From the NCBI RefSeq assembly GCF_048403405.1, contig NZ_CP183129.1: a DNA stretch of 64,000 nucleotides. One strand, given 5' to 3'. Positions 27,819-42,066 of the stretch are shown here, one piece after another. The notes beneath the pieces are model-generated. The model searched no databases and was not told the DNA's origin. It saw only the letters and a program-made list of their open reading frames with translations. Numbering within the stretch: position 1 is the first letter of the stretch; every line of letters starts with the position of its first letter. This DNA is from Escherichia coli (lineage in GTDB: Bacteria > Pseudomonadota > Gammaproteobacteria > Enterobacterales > Enterobacteriaceae). The position numbers were made by a program, and so were the translations under genes.

Positions 27819-28898
27819 TTAATTAATTTCAAAATCCAAATCCAGGTCGTCTTCTTTTTCATCAGTCGAAGACCCATTTTTACGCGCCAGACTTTTCAGC
27901 ACGTTCACACAAACAGCCGTCACCACTGCTCCGACAGCTACTGCTGCGATATAACCCAGCTTGCCTTCAACCACCGGCAGCACAATCAGACCGCCCCAGC
28001 CTGCATAGCACTGCGCACCGACCAGCGCCGCAGTTACTGCACCACAAACTGAACCGACCATGATGGAAGGAATAACACGCAGCGGATCGGCAGCGGCGAA
28101 AGGAATCGCCCCTTCAGTAACCCCAACGCACCCCATCACCAACGCCGCCTTGCCGGTTTCGCGCTCTTCTGCGGAGAAATTTTTACGACCAATCAGCGTC
28201 GCCAGCCCCATCCCCAGCGGCGGGATACAAATACCCACGGCAGCAATGGCCACCACGGTATATACACCCTGAGCAACGCAAATCAGCATGAAGGCATAGG
28301 CCACTTTGTTAACCGGACCGCCCATATCGAACGCCAGCATCAGACCCATGATCACCGCCAGCATAACAATGCTGCCCTGCTGCATCCCCTGAAGCCACTG
28401 AGTCAGGCTGTTGGTCAATGCCCCCACAGGCTCGCCCAGCCCCCACATCATGATGCCTGCGGTAATCAGTGTGCCGACGATCGGAATGATGAAGATTGGC
28501 ATCACCGAGCGCAGAACTTTATGCACCGGAATTTTCTTCAGGTAATGCACCACGATGCCGCCAATAATCCCGGCGATCAGCGCACCAAAGAAGCCCGCAC
28601 CAAAGCTGTTGCCGACCCAGGCACCGATAGCGCACGGGGCCAGCGCAGAGCGTTCTGCAATGGAATAACCAATGTAAGCAGCGAGGAAAGGCACCATCAG
28701 CGTCAAACCTGCAACGCCGATATCAAACAGTTTTTTCAGATTCGGATCGGCTACGGCATCCGGCACTGCGCCTTTGCCATACAACATGACGGAAACCGCC
28801 AGCAAAATACCGCCCGATACCACGAAGGGAATCATGTGTGAAACGCCCGTCATTAAGTGCTGACGGGTATTTTTCAGGATCTGCACCAACTCATTCAT
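27819..28898 (-). CDS. frwC: PTS fructose-like EIIC component FrwC
   Basis: ORF 27819..28919, polytopic membrane protein; start probably the internal MNELVQILKN (359 aa). Confidence 0.85.
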   Translation of the reverse strand: MNELVQILKNTRQHLMTGVSHMIPFVVSGGILLAVSVMLYGKGAVPDAVADPNLKKLFDIGVAGLTLMVPFLAAYIGYSIAERSALAPCAIGAWVGNSFGAGFFGALIAGIIGGIVVHYLKKIPVHKVLRSVMPIFIIPIVGTLITAGIMMWGLGEPVGALTNSLTQWLQGMQQGSIVMLAVIMGLMLAFDMGGPVNKVAYAFMLICVAQGVYTVVAIAAVGICIPPLGMGLATLIGRKNFSAEERETGKAALVMGCVGVTEGAIPFAAADPLRVIPSIMVGSVCGAVTAALVGAQCYAGWGGLIVLPVVEGKLGYIAAVAVGAVVTAVCVNVLKSLARKNGSSTDEKEDDLDLDFEIN

Positions 28899-29206
28899 AA
28901 GCTGCTCCCGGGCTTGCAAAAGCCCATGTCCATATTTTTGATGGAGGAAACAATAGGCAATCGCAGGCGGAGCAAACAGTGGATAAAAAGGCCATTTACT
29001 GGACTTTTGTAATATCAGTACAAAAATGCGATCCGCCTCATAACTTGCGGCAACCCGGAAGCATGCCGCAAAACGGCGTCTTGTGAGACGCGTCGCAAAT
29101 TGACGGTTACATTACATTTGTCCAGCTTTTGGCAGATTTGTCACATGGCAGGCCGTTGCCGTGCGCTCTTATCCTGTAAACAGAAAACCGTACCGGGAGA
29201 GAGGCA

Positions 29207-31708
29207 ATGGCCCTGATTGTGGAATTTATTTGTGAGCTACCTAACGGCGTACATGCGCGCCCGGCAAGCCACGTTGAAACGCTGTGTAATACTTTTTCAT
29301 CACAAATTGAGTGGCATAACCTGCGCACTGACCGCAAGGGCAACGCCAAAAGCGCCCTTGCGCTGATTGGCACCGATACGCTGGTGGGCGATAACTGCCA
29401 GTTACTGATTTCCGGGGCCGACGAACAGGAAGCGCACCAGCGTTTAAGCCAATGGCTGCGCGATGAATTCCCCCACTGCGACGCACCGCTGGCGGAAGTA
29501 AAATCTGACGAACTGGAACCACTGCCGGTTTCACTGACCAATCTGAATCCGCGAATTATCCGCGCCCGCACCGTGTGCAGCGGTAGCGCAGGCGGCATTC
29601 TGACGCCGATCTCTTCTTTAGATCTCAATGCGCTGGGTAATCTTCCCGCTGCCAAAGGCGTTGATGCCGAACAATCCGCACTGGAAAACGGCCTGACGCT
29701 GGTACTGAAAAACATAGAGTTTCGTCTGCTGGATAGCGACGGTGCTACCAGCGCGATTCTGGAAGCGCACCGATCCCTGGCTGGCGATACTTCCCTGCGC
29801 GAACATTTACTGGCAGGCGTCAGCGAGGGATTAAGCTGTGCCGAAGCGATTGTCGCCAGTGCACACCACTTCTGCGAAGAGTTCGCCCGTTCCAGCAGCA
29901 GCTACCTGCAAGAACGCGCCCTGGACGTACGCGACGTCTGCTTCCAGTTACTCCAGCAAATCTACGGTGAGCAACGCTTCCCGGCACCGGGCAAACTGAC
30001 GCAGCCCGCCATTTGTATGGCTGATGAACTAACCCCCAGCCAGTTCCTCGAACTGGATAAAAATCACCTCAAAGGATTGTTGCTCAAAAGCGGCGGCACC
30101 ACCTCACATACCGTAATTCTTGCCCGTTCGTTCAACATTCCGACGCTGGTTGGTGTGGATATTGATGCCCTTACCCCGTGGCAACATCAAACGATTTATA
30201 TCGACGGCAACGCCGGAGCGATTGTGGTTGAGCCAGGGGAAGCCGTAGCCCGTTATTATCAGCAAGAAGCCCGCGTACAGGATGCCCTGCGTGAGCAACA
30301 GCGTGTCTGGCTGACCCAACAAGCCCGTACCGCTGATGGTATCCGCATTGAAATTGCTGCTAACATCGCTCACTCCGTGGAAGCGCAGGCCGCATTCGGC
30401 AATGGTGCGGAAGGAGTTGGTTTGTTCCGCACTGAAATGCTCTATATGGATCGCACCAGCGCACCGGGCGAAAGCGAGCTGTACAACATTTTTTGTCAGG
30501 CGCTGGAGTCCGCCAACGGACGCAGCATTATTGTGCGCACTATGGATATTGGCGGTGACAAACCCGTTGATTATCTGAACATTCCCGCAGAGGCAAACCC
30601 GTTCCTCGGTTATCGCGCCGTGCGTATTTATGAAGAGTACGCGTCGTTATTTACCACACAACTACGGTCGATTCTCCGTGCCTCCGCTCACGGCAGCCTG
30701 AAAATCATGATCCCGATGATCTCTTCAATGGAAGAGATCTTATGGGTGAAAGAAAAACTGGCGGAAGCCAAACAGCAACTGCGCAATGAACATATTCCGT
30801 TTGATGAGAAGATCCAGCTTGGCATCATGCTTGAAGTGCCGTCGGTGATGTTCATCATCGATCAATGCTGTGAAGAGATTGATTTCTTTAGTATTGGTAG
30901 TAATGACCTGACGCAATATCTGCTGGCAGTAGATCGCGATAACGCTAAGGTTACTCGTCACTACAACAGCCTGAATCCGGCATTCTTACGGGCGCTCGAT
31001 TACGCCGTGCAGGCGGTGCATCGCCAGGGCAAATGGATTGGTCTGTGCGGTGAACTGGGAGCGAAAGGTTCCGTGCTGCCGTTGCTGGTCGGTTTAGGGC
31101 TGGATGAGCTGAGCATGAGCGCACCATCAATTCCGGCGGCGAAAGCGCGGATGGCGCAACTTGATAGCCGCGAATGCCGCCAGTTGCTCAACCAGGCAAT
31201 GGCCTGCCGTACTTCGCTGGAAGTGGAACACCTGCTGGCGCAATTCCGCATGACCCAACAGGACGCGCCGCTGGTCACCGCCGAGTGCATCACGCTGGAA
31301 AGCGACTGGCGCAGCAAAGAAGAAGTGCTGAAAGGCATGACCGATAACCTGCTACTGGCGGGCCGCTGCCGCTATCCGCGTAAACTGGAAGCCGACTTGT
31401 GGGCACGCGAGGCCGTTTTCTCTACCGGTCTGGGCTTTAGTTTTGCCATTCCCCACAGCAAATCGGAACATATTGAGCAATCCACCATCAGCGTAGCGCG
31501 TCTGCAAGCGCCGGTGCGCTGGGGCGATGATGAAGCACAATTCATCATTATGTTAACCCTGAACAAACATGCTGCGGGCGATCAGCACATGCGCATTTTC
31601 TCGCGCCTCGCTCGCCGCATCATGCACGAAGAATTCCGTAACGCGCTGGTTAACGCCGCCTCTGCCGACGCTATCGCCAGCCTGCTGCAACATGAACTGG
31701 AACTGTAA
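29207..31708 (+). CDS. ptsA: multiphosphoryl PTS protein (HPr-EI-EIIA fusion)
   Basis: 833-aa ORF with an enzyme I PEP-utilising domain; divergent from frwC. Confidence 0.9.
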   Translation: MALIVEFICELPNGVHARPASHVETLCNTFSSQIEWHNLRTDRKGNAKSALALIGTDTLVGDNCQLLISGADEQEAHQRLSQWLRDEFPHCDAPLAEVKSDELEPLPVSLTNLNPRIIRARTVCSGSAGGILTPISSLDLNALGNLPAAKGVDAEQSALENGLTLVLKNIEFRLLDSDGATSAILEAHRSLAGDTSLREHLLAGVSEGLSCAEAIVASAHHFCEEFARSSSSYLQERALDVRDVCFQLLQQIYGEQRFPAPGKLTQPAICMADELTPSQFLELDKNHLKGLLLKSGGTTSHTVILARSFNIPTLVGVDIDALTPWQHQTIYIDGNAGAIVVEPGEAVARYYQQEARVQDALREQQRVWLTQQARTADGIRIEIAANIAHSVEAQAAFGNGAEGVGLFRTEMLYMDRTSAPGESELYNIFCQALESANGRSIIVRTMDIGGDKPVDYLNIPAEANPFLGYRAVRIYEEYASLFTTQLRSILRASAHGSLKIMIPMISSMEEILWVKEKLAEAKQQLRNEHIPFDEKIQLGIMLEVPSVMFIIDQCCEEIDFFSIGSNDLTQYLLAVDRDNAKVTRHYNSLNPAFLRALDYAVQAVHRQGKWIGLCGELGAKGSVLPLLVGLGLDELSMSAPSIPAAKARMAQLDSRECRQLLNQAMACRTSLEVEHLLAQFRMTQQDAPLVTAECITLESDWRSKEEVLKGMTDNLLLAGRCRYPRKLEADLWAREAVFSTGLGFSFAIPHSKSEHIEQSTISVARLQAPVRWGDDEAQFIIMLTLNKHAAGDQHMRIFSRLARRIMHEEFRNALVNAASADAIASLLQHELEL

Positions 31709-31719
31709 AAGGAAACATC

Positions 31720-32382
31720 ATGGAACTGTATCTGGACACCGCTAACGTCGCAGAAGTCGAACGTCTGGCACGTATATTCCCGATTGCCGGGGTGACAACT
31801 AACCCGAGCATTATCGCTGCCAGCAAGGAGTCCATCTGGGAAGTGCTGCCGCGCCTGCAAAAAGCGATCGGTGATGAGGGCATTCTGTTTGCTCAGACCA
31901 TGAGCCGTGATGCGCAGGGAATGGTGGAAGAAGCGAAGCGCCTGCGCGACACCATTCCGGGCATTGTGGTTAAAATCCCGGTGACTTCCGAAGGTCTGGC
32001 AGCAATTAAAATACTGAAAAAAGAGGGTATTACTACACTTGGCACCGCTGTATATAGCGCCGCACAAGGGTTATTAGCCGCACTGGCAGGGGCAAAATAC
32101 GTTGCTCCGTATGTTAACCGCGTAGATGCCCAGGGCGGAGACGGCATTCGTACGGTTCAGGAGCTGCAAGCGCTGTTAGAAATGCACGCACCAGAAAGCA
32201 TGGTGCTGGCGGCCAGCTTTAAAACGCCGCGTCAGGCGCTGGACTGTTTACTGGCAGGATGTGAATCCATCACCCTGCCCTTAGATGTAGCGCAACAAAT
32301 GCTCAACACCCCTGCGGTAGAGTCAGCTATAGAGAAGTTCGAACACGACTGGAATGCCGCATTTGGCACTACTCATCTCTAA
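31720..32382 (+). CDS. fsaB: fructose-6-phosphate aldolase 2
   Basis: 220-aa [36 protein letters not shown]… (transaldolase family). Confidence 0.9.
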   Translation: MELYLDTANVAEVERLARIFPIAGVTTNPSIIAASKESIWEVLPRLQKAIGDEGILFAQTMSRDAQGMVEEAKRLRDTIPGIVVKIPVTSEGLAAIKILKKEGITTLGTAVYSAAQGLLAALAGAKYVAPYVNRVDAQGGDGIRTVQELQALLEMHAPESMVLAASFKTPRQALDCLLAGCESITLPLDVAQQMLNTPAVESAIEKFEHDWNAAFGTTHL

Positions 32383-32392
32383 AGGAGCAATT

Positions 32393-33496
32393 ATGGACCG
32401 CATTATTCAATCACCGGGTAAATACATCCAGGGTGCTGATGTGATTAATCGTCTGGGCGAATACCTGAAGCCGCTGGCAGAACGCTGGTTAGTGGTGGGT
32501 GACAAATTTGTTTTAGGTTTTGCTCAATCCACTGTCGAGAAAAGCTTTAAAGATGCTGGACTGGTAGTAGAAATTGCGCCGTTTGGCGGTGAATGTTCGC
32601 AAAATGAGATCGACCGTCTGCGTGGCATCGCGGAGACTGCGCAGTGTGGCGCAATTCTCGGTATCGGTGGCGGAAAAACTCTCGATACTGCCAAAGCACT
32701 GGCACATTTCATGGGTGTTCCGGTAGCGATCGCACCGACTATCGCCTCTACCGACGCACCGTGCAGCGCATTGTCTGTTATCTACACTGATGATGGTGAA
32801 TTTGACCGCTATCTGATGTTGCCAAATAACCCGAATATGGTCATTGTCGACACCAAAATCGTCGCTGGCGCACCTGCACGTCTGTTAGCGGCGGGTATCG
32901 GCGATGCGCTGGCAACCTGGTTTGAAGCGCGTGCCTGCTCTCGTAGCGGCGCGACTACCATGGCGGGTGGCAAGTGCACCCAGGCGGCGCTGGCACTGGC
33001 AGAACTGTGCTACAACACCCTGCTGGAAGAAGGCGAAAAAGCGATGCTTGCTGCCGAACAGCATGTAGTGACTCCGGCGCTGGAACGCGTGATTGAAGCG
33101 AACACCTATTTGAGCGGTGTTGGTTTTGAAAGCGGCGGACTGGCGGCGGCTCACGCGGTGCATAACGGCCTGACCGCTATCCCGGACGCGCATCACTATT
33201 ATCACGGTGAAAAAGTGGCATTCGGTACGCTGACGCAGCTGGTTCTGGAAAATGCGCCGGTTGAGGAAATCGAAACCGTAGCTGCACTTAGCCATGCGGT
33301 AGGTTTGCCAATAACTCTCGCTCAACTGGATATTAAAGAAGATGTCCCGGCGAAAATGCGAATTGTGGCAGAAGCGGCATGTGCAGAAGGTGAAACCATC
33401 CACAACATGCCTGGCGGCGCGACGCCAGATCAGGTTTACGCTGCACTGCTGGTAGCCGACCAGTACGGTCAGCGTTTCCTGCAAGAGTGGGAATAA
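32393..33496 (+). CDS. gldA: glycerol dehydrogenase
   Basis: ORF 32354..33496; start most likely the internal [24 protein letters not shown] (367 aa); Fe-ADH family. Confidence 0.9.
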   Translation: MDRIIQSPGKYIQGADVINRLGEYLKPLAERWLVVGDKFVLGFAQSTVEKSFKDAGLVVEIAPFGGECSQNEIDRLRGIAETAQCGAILGIGGGKTLDTAKALAHFMGVPVAIAPTIASTDAPCSALSVIYTDDGEFDRYLMLPNNPNMVIVDTKIVAGAPARLLAAGIGDALATWFEARACSRSGATTMAGGKCTQAALALAELCYNTLLEEGEKAMLAAEQHVVTPALERVIEANTYLSGVGFESGGLAAAHAVHNGLTAIPDAHHYYHGEKVAFGTLTQLVLENAPVEEIETVAALSHAVGLPITLAQLDIKEDVPAKMRIVAEAACAEGETIHNMPGGATPDQVYAALLVADQYGQRFLQEWE

Positions 33497-33579
33497 CCTA
33501 CTCCAAACTCCCGGCTTGTCCGGGAGTTTGAGAGTGCAGGCAAAGTGGCTCACTCGTCACTGCGGGCATGTTTTTCCCC

Positions 33580-33690
33580 CTCGCCCTTTCAGGGAGAGGG
33601 TCGGAGTGAGGGTAAATATTCGCCCCGGAGCTGGCCTGTTCCCCTCACCCTAACCCTCTCCCCAAAGGGGAGAGGGGACTGTTCGAGCAC
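33580..33690. repeat. inverted pair of GC-rich BoxC-like palindromic repeats
   Basis: CCCCTCGCCCTTTCAGGGAGAGGGTCGGAGTGAGGGT and, in opposite orientation, CCCCTCACCCTAACCCTCTCCCCAAAGGGGAGAGGGG. Confidence 0.5.
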
Positions 33691-33826
33691 TTTTTATACG
33701 TTATCACCCGTCTGAAACTCCCACGTTGTTCAGGAATTTTTTATCCGCTTCTGGACATTTTCTCTACAGAACAATCGTTAGCCCGGAAGGTCGAATCTGT
33801 GACTCTTATTTTCACGGACGAACCAG

Positions 33827-34444
33827 ATGAAAGCTTCACTGGCGCTGGTCAGCCTGCTAACGGCATTTACCAGCCACTCCTTAAAATCTCCCGCCATTCC
33901 ACCAACCGTGGTACAAATTCAGGCCAACACCAACCTTGCCATCGCAGACGGTGCCAGACAGCAAATCGGCAGCACGCTATTTTACGATCCGGCGTATGTG
34001 CAGCTTACCTATCCTGGCGGTGATGTCCCGCGAGAACGCGGCGTATGTTCCGATGTGGTGATCCGCGCCTTGCGCAGCCAGAAGGTCGATTTGCAGAAAC
34101 TGGTTCACGAAGATATGGCGAAGAATTTTGCTGAGTACCCGCAAAAATGGCAGTTAAAGCGCCCGGACAGCAACATCGATCACCGTCGGGTGCCTAATCT
34201 GGAAACCTGGTTTAGCCGCCATGATAAAACACGCCCCACCAGCAAGAACCCCGGTGATTATCAAGCGGGCGATATTGTCTCCTGGCGATTAGATAACGGG
34301 CTGGCGCATATTGGGGTGGTGTCAGATGGCTTCGCCCGCGACGGTACGCCGCTGGTGATACATAACATTGGCGCAGGCGCGCAGGAAGAAGACGTGCTGT
34401 TTAGCTGGCGGATGGTGGGGCACTATCGGTATTTTGTTAAATAA
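33827..34444 (+). CDS. yijF: DUF1287-family protein YijF (signal peptide)
   Basis: 205-aa ORF MKASLALVSLLTAFTSHS…; K-12 synteny. Confidence 0.8.
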   Translation: MKASLALVSLLTAFTSHSLKSPAIPPTVVQIQANTNLAIADGARQQIGSTLFYDPAYVQLTYPGGDVPRERGVCSDVVIRALRSQKVDLQKLVHEDMAKNFAEYPQKWQLKRPDSNIDHRRVPNLETWFSRHDKTRPTSKNPGDYQAGDIVSWRLDNGLAHIGVVSDGFARDGTPLVIHNIGAGAQEEDVLFSWRMVGHYRYFVK

Positions 34445-34470
34445 GCGATCGCCCCACATGAAGAAAAAAT

Positions 34471-35376
34471 TCAGATGTTTTTTACACTGACAGCTTCTTT
34501 TTTCTTACGGCTCACCAGCGCCAGTGCCAGCACAATCAGCACAATACCGCTACCTTCAACGGCCCCCGGATTCTCACCGAGCAGCCACCAGGAAAAGAGT
34601 ACGCCGCAAACGGGAACGGCCAGTGTGCTTAAGCTGGCAATACTGGCAGGCAAGTTTTTCAGCACAAACAGCCATAAGCTCCACGCCAGCGCCGTCGCCA
34701 GAATCGCACTGTAGGCCAGCGCCCAGAACACGGTGGGCTGCCAGTCAATTTCACGTTGTGGCACCAGTAAAGCGACCGCACTCATCACCAGCGCCGCATA
34801 AAGCATCTGCCAGGATGTTAACGACAATAAATCCACGCGTGGATGGCGGGCGTATAGGCGTTTCGCGACAATCGCGCTCGCCCCCCAACTAACACCGGAG
34901 AGGATTGCCAGCAGGGCACTTTTCATCGAAGAGAAATCGAGTTGCCACGGCTGCAACACCAAAAATAAGCCGAAAGCGGCAATCAGTATCGCGAAATATT
35001 GCCCACGTCGCAGGCGTTCACCGAGAAACAACGCGGCGAAAATCACCACCCAGAACGGCATGGTATAGCTCAGGATCGCCACCTTCCCCGCTCCTCCGCT
35101 AACCAGCGCCCACTGCGCCAGGCCAACCATCCCACAGGTTTGTAACAGGGCAATGGCTAAGGTGTATTTAAACGGTGTCGGGCGCATTCCGCGACCACGT
35201 AATAAAAGGACAATGAATAAAACGAGAGCGCCGAAAATGCAGCGTAAGGCGGTGAAGTCGAAGGCACCGATGTAGCTGGTGACTTGCTTCATGAAAATCC
35301 AGCTATAACTCCAGATAAGTGTGAGCACAACCAGGCCACTGATTGCCAGTGGGTTGCTCTTTCCTGCGGCAGACAT
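34471..35376 (-). CDS. yijE: EamA/DMT-family transporter YijE
   Basis: ORF 34471..35409, polytopic; start probably an internal Met (about 301 aa). Confidence 0.8.
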   Translation of the reverse strand: MSAAGKSNPLAISGLVVLTLIWSYSWIFMKQVTSYIGAFDFTALRCIFGALVLFIVLLLRGRGMRPTPFKYTLAIALLQTCGMVGLAQWALVSGGAGKVAILSYTMPFWVVIFAALFLGERLRRGQYFAILIAAFGLFLVLQPWQLDFSSMKSALLAILSGVSWGASAIVAKRLYARHPRVDLLSLTSWQMLYAALVMSAVALLVPQREIDWQPTVFWALAYSAILATALAWSLWLFVLKNLPASIASLSTLAVPVCGVLFSWWLLGENPGAVEGSGIVLIVLALALVSRKKKEAVSVKNI

Positions 35377-35468
35377 GAGAGATCCAGTGTGTAGTTTTCC
35401 TGTGGACACTATACGCCGGTAAAGAAACTTCAGCGACTGCCATCAGGCAGTCGCTGAAGAAGGTCAGA

Positions 35469-37703
<2,235 letters not shown>

Positions 37704-37977
37704 TTATAATTGAATTAATCCACGGATGCGATAGTTGAGATCTTACATATTGTTGGTTAAAGAGATGTAGATCAAATTGATCGTAATTAAGCTTTTTTGA
37801 TTATGTCCGAATTCGGACAAATGCTTTATAAAAAAGGGTTTTAGCTTTATATCCTTCAAGTAATGAGGGAGAAAACAAGGCTGATAACCTTATTTTCCCG
37901 CCCTCATTTCGAGGCAGCATTTTGTGCTCTGTTTAAAATTTGTGATCACTGTGTGATTTTCACAAAAGGCACAATAC

Positions 37978-38871
<894 letters not shown>

Positions 38872-38925
38872 TTACCTCATCAATCGCTTGTAGTTATATG
38901 TTGTGTTGTGAACATCTATCCATTT

Positions 38926-38949
38926 AGACGTCCAGATGTAAAGATGAAG
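38926..38949. promoter_or_regulatory. MetJ operator (tandem met boxes) upstream of metF
   Basis: Three tandem 8-bp repeats AGACGTCC AGATGTAA AGATGAAG resembling the AGACGTCT met-box consensus. Confidence 0.75.
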
Positions 38950-39249
38950 GAAAAGCCGAGGGGCGTCAACCGAAAAATGACCAATGATGGTGAGGAAAAA
39001 TCAGGGAAGTTGAAAAAAACTCATCTTAATTAGAGGCGATAAAAGATTTCTCTATAGCGCAATCCACCTCGCACGTTTTGACTGATATTCTGACAACACA
39101 GCGACACCTGGGCTTATTCGAAAAACAACGTCCTGCCACCGGATGGTGATGCTAAGGCATCTGATTCGGCCTGCGCCCTCGCGTAGGCCGAATACTGGAT
39201 CTGCAAAATCAACTGGTAACAAACAGATGAATCAACTCAATACGTACTT

Positions 39250-40803
39250 TTACTTGATATCTTTCACGCGCATACCGTTGATCTGTTCATCCGTGATGGT
39301 GTTACCCGCTTTGAAGTAATCAACCACGGCGTGATAAACGTAATAACCGCCCGTTGTGTTACGCGCTTTCCCTTCGGTAAAGGCGGTAAAACCATCTCCA
39401 CCATCAGCAAGGAAACTCTGAGTAGCAATGTGGTAAATCGTCGCATCTTCAATGGGTTTGCCATTCAGAGTCAGCGTGATTACCCGCTGACCAACCGGCT
39501 TACTGCTGTCGTACTTCATTTCCAGGCCTTTCGATACCTGTAAAACGCCATTACTTAAACTTGCGCCGTGTTCCATCAAACTGCGTAATTGTTTACCCGT
39601 GAGATCCATCGTCACCAGTTCGTTGGGAAACGGGAAGGTACTGATGACGCCGCCCATCGTAATCGCCCCTGCGGGGATCTCATTGCGAATGCCGCCAGAG
39701 TTGGTTAACGCCAATTGGGTGTTTTTACCCGCCGCTACCAGTAAAGCATCAGCCGCCAGGTTCCCGAGGGAAGCCGATTCACCATAGGCACGTTTTAATT
39801 CAACCGGCGATTTCGCGACCGTTTGTTGCACCACTTCATCAAGCTTTTTATTCCAGCCGTCGATCACCTGTTTTGTTTGCGGATCGGGCTTCCACTCGTC
39901 GGCGTAAATGGTTTTAAGCTCGAAGTTTTTCACCGTAAAATCATGCGGCTTCTCTTTGTAGTCGAGAACCAGTTTGCCCACATCAATCCCGCCGCTGTCA
40001 GTGGAGAGGATGAGCGTATTGCCGACTTTAATCGGTTCCGGCGTACCCACATGCGCATGTCCGGTGATCAAAATATCCAGCCCTTTCACCTGACTTGCCG
40101 TCTGAATATCTTTATCCAGCGCGCGACGCACATCTGTGCCTCCCATACTGGACTGGCGGGCCGGAACACCTTCATGGATCAGGGCGACGGTCAAATCAAC
40201 CTTGCCTTTAAGTTCATCGATATAACGTTGTAGCCATTTAATTTCATCACGCGCTTCAATCCCCACTCGCGTTGCCGCAGATACCGTGTCATTAAAGGCA
40301 AATACACCGTGCAAACCTATAACGCCTATTTTCACGCCGTCTTTTTCGATGATGGTATATGGCTTATCCCAGAATGATTTACTGCTGTTCTGATAAAAAA
40401 CATTGCCCTGCACAATAGGGAATTTTGCCTGACTCAACTGTAATAATGTGTTGTCCCAGCCGTGGTCAAATTCATGGTTGCCTATCGTGACGGCATCAAA
40501 CGGCATAGTATTCATAATATCGATAATAGCCTTACCTTTGGTCAGGCTGCTGATATATGGCCCGGTAAAATAATCACCCGCATCAAAAAACCATGTCGCT
40601 TTATTTTTTGCTTTTTCTTGCTTAACCAGCGTAGTGATATTTGCCCAGCCGCCAATATCCCGTTTACCATCAGCGATCCACGGCACTTTATAAGGCTCGA
40701 CATGCGCATGGAGGTCGTTGGTATAAATGATGGTGACATCTTTGGCGCAAGCCCAAAACGGCAGTGTTAATGCGATACCCGCAGCAAGTATTTTAATTTT
40801 CAT
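39250..40803 (-). CDS. predicted secreted bifunctional metallophosphatase/5'-nucleotidase (UshA/CpdB family); strain-specific accessory gene
   Basis: 517-aa ORF with a signal peptide ([20 protein letters not shown]) and calcineurin-type metallophosphatase motifs (NDLHAH, GDYFTG, GNHEFD, GHAH) followed by a 5'-nucleotidase C-terminal-like domain. K-12, as I recall it, has no gene between metL and metF. Confidence 0.8.
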   Translation of the reverse strand: MKIKILAAGIALTLPFWACAKDVTIIYTNDLHAHVEPYKVPWIADGKRDIGGWANITTLVKQEKAKNKATWFFDAGDYFTGPYISSLTKGKAIIDIMNTMPFDAVTIGNHEFDHGWDNTLLQLSQAKFPIVQGNVFYQNSSKSFWDKPYTIIEKDGVKIGVIGLHGVFAFNDTVSAATRVGIEARDEIKWLQRYIDELKGKVDLTVALIHEGVPARQSSMGGTDVRRALDKDIQTASQVKGLDILITGHAHVGTPEPIKVGNTLILSTDSGGIDVGKLVLDYKEKPHDFTVKNFELKTIYADEWKPDPQTKQVIDGWNKKLDEVVQQTVAKSPVELKRAYGESASLGNLAADALLVAAGKNTQLALTNSGGIRNEIPAGAITMGGVISTFPFPNELVTMDLTGKQLRSLMEHGASLSNGVLQVSKGLEMKYDSSKPVGQRVITLTLNGKPIEDATIYHIATQSFLADGGDGFTAFTEGKARNTTGGYYVYHAVVDYFKAGNTITDEQINGMRVKDIK

Positions 40804-40935
40804 AAACAGTCCCTTTCAGTGAGATAAAGGATTGCTACATTACGTTCTGAAAGAGTTATTTATGTGAGAGTAATCACATCCACAGGGGAGCGTTGCCGGA
40901 CAAAATCAACGACCATGTGAAATCGTTGGTGATAT

Positions 40936-42066
40936 ATGTCGACTCTGTTTACGATTAATGCCTGCAAGTCGTTTGGTTGCCGTAATTTAGGGCAGCCAAC
41001 ATCTAAAGATTATAGCTGGCCCGACTATCGGCTGGGTTATCCGGCATTGCACTGTCGGGCATGTGGCAGTTACCCGCCGTTGTTTGACGAGCAACAATTT
41101 CGTGACTGGTTGTCAGTTCACTTATCTACTTTTGCAACAGAGAAAGGCCATTTTTGCCCGGTATGTTATGGCACAAAGACGATTTGTTATGGCCACAATC
41201 CACAGGGGTCGCAACGCATTCAATGTCGTAACTGCAAAAAAGTCTGGACACCTAAACAATATCAGAAAGAAATAACGCCTCCTGAAATAATCGAAACGGT
41301 TGCTCTTCTGGTGCCATTTCAGGGAGCCAGCAATGGGCAGAAACTGTATGTTTTAATCAGTTTTGATGCTCTTCGCGGTAATATTCTTCATCTTTCTACT
41401 AATTACACGCAGCATCAGGCTGGAGAAAGTCTGCATTATCGATACAGAGGGAATGCAGAACCAGAGTTACACGAGAGTAATATTGTACAACGCGTTGATA
41501 TGCGCGAAGCACAATTTCTACGCCGCAGTCAGTTTGATGAAATTCAGTATGGCAGCGCAGCGCTCAAACGCAATGCTAAAGGTGTTATTCTGCGTCCGGT
41601 TATCACTGCACACGGGCATTTCAGAGTACTGAATATTTTATTCCCTACAGTAAAAACACATGTAATTTCACACGAGTGTTTTTTAAGAGGTGCGATTATT
41701 ACGGCCTGGGCAGAACTGTTTCGCCAACAGCAAGGTGAGATTTGGTTTATTGAAGAGGAAATAGCTGACTATACCGATAATACGCCCTGGCGTTTTCAGG
41801 GAAAAACTTATCACGGCTGGTGGAAAAATCAGTGGCAACTCTGGGTTCAGGGCAAAAATCGTAAAATGGTATGTGCATTAACGGGCGGAAATATCAGCAA
41901 AGCTGAAATGCTCTCTTTAGCAACCAGCAGACATTTTATCGACTGGCTACATAAACAAGCAGTATTTACTCACAGCGCCCCGCTTTCCGCAGGGCGCGTT
42001 ACGCAAATACTGCTTTCTCTGGCTCAGGATTACAACAACTGCGCCAGGCGGTTAATATCCGACTGA
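40936..42066 (+). CDS. hypothetical protein with two N-terminal CxxC zinc ribbons, the second resembling the IS1 InsA zinc ribbon; strain-specific accessory gene
   Basis: 376-aa ORF; motifs CKSFGC…HCRACG and CPVCYGTKTICYGHNPQGSQRIQCRNCKKVWT (compare the InsA copy in this window, CPRCQSVQVYRHGQNPKRHDRFRGRDCHRVFQ). The remaining ~270 aa match nothing I recognise. The 3' end overlaps the metL stop convergently by 37 bp. Confidence 0.55.
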   Translation: MSTLFTINACKSFGCRNLGQPTSKDYSWPDYRLGYPALHCRACGSYPPLFDEQQFRDWLSVHLSTFATEKGHFCPVCYGTKTICYGHNPQGSQRIQCRNCKKVWTPKQYQKEITPPEIIETVALLVPFQGASNGQKLYVLISFDALRGNILHLSTNYTQHQAGESLHYRYRGNAEPELHESNIVQRVDMREAQFLRRSQFDEIQYGSAALKRNAKGVILRPVITAHGHFRVLNILFPTVKTHVISHECFLRGAIITAWAELFRQQQGEIWFIEEEIADYTDNTPWRFQGKTYHGWWKNQWQLWVQGKNRKMVCALTGGNISKAEMLSLATSRHFIDWLHKQAVFTHSAPLSAGRVTQILLSLAQDYNNCARRLISD

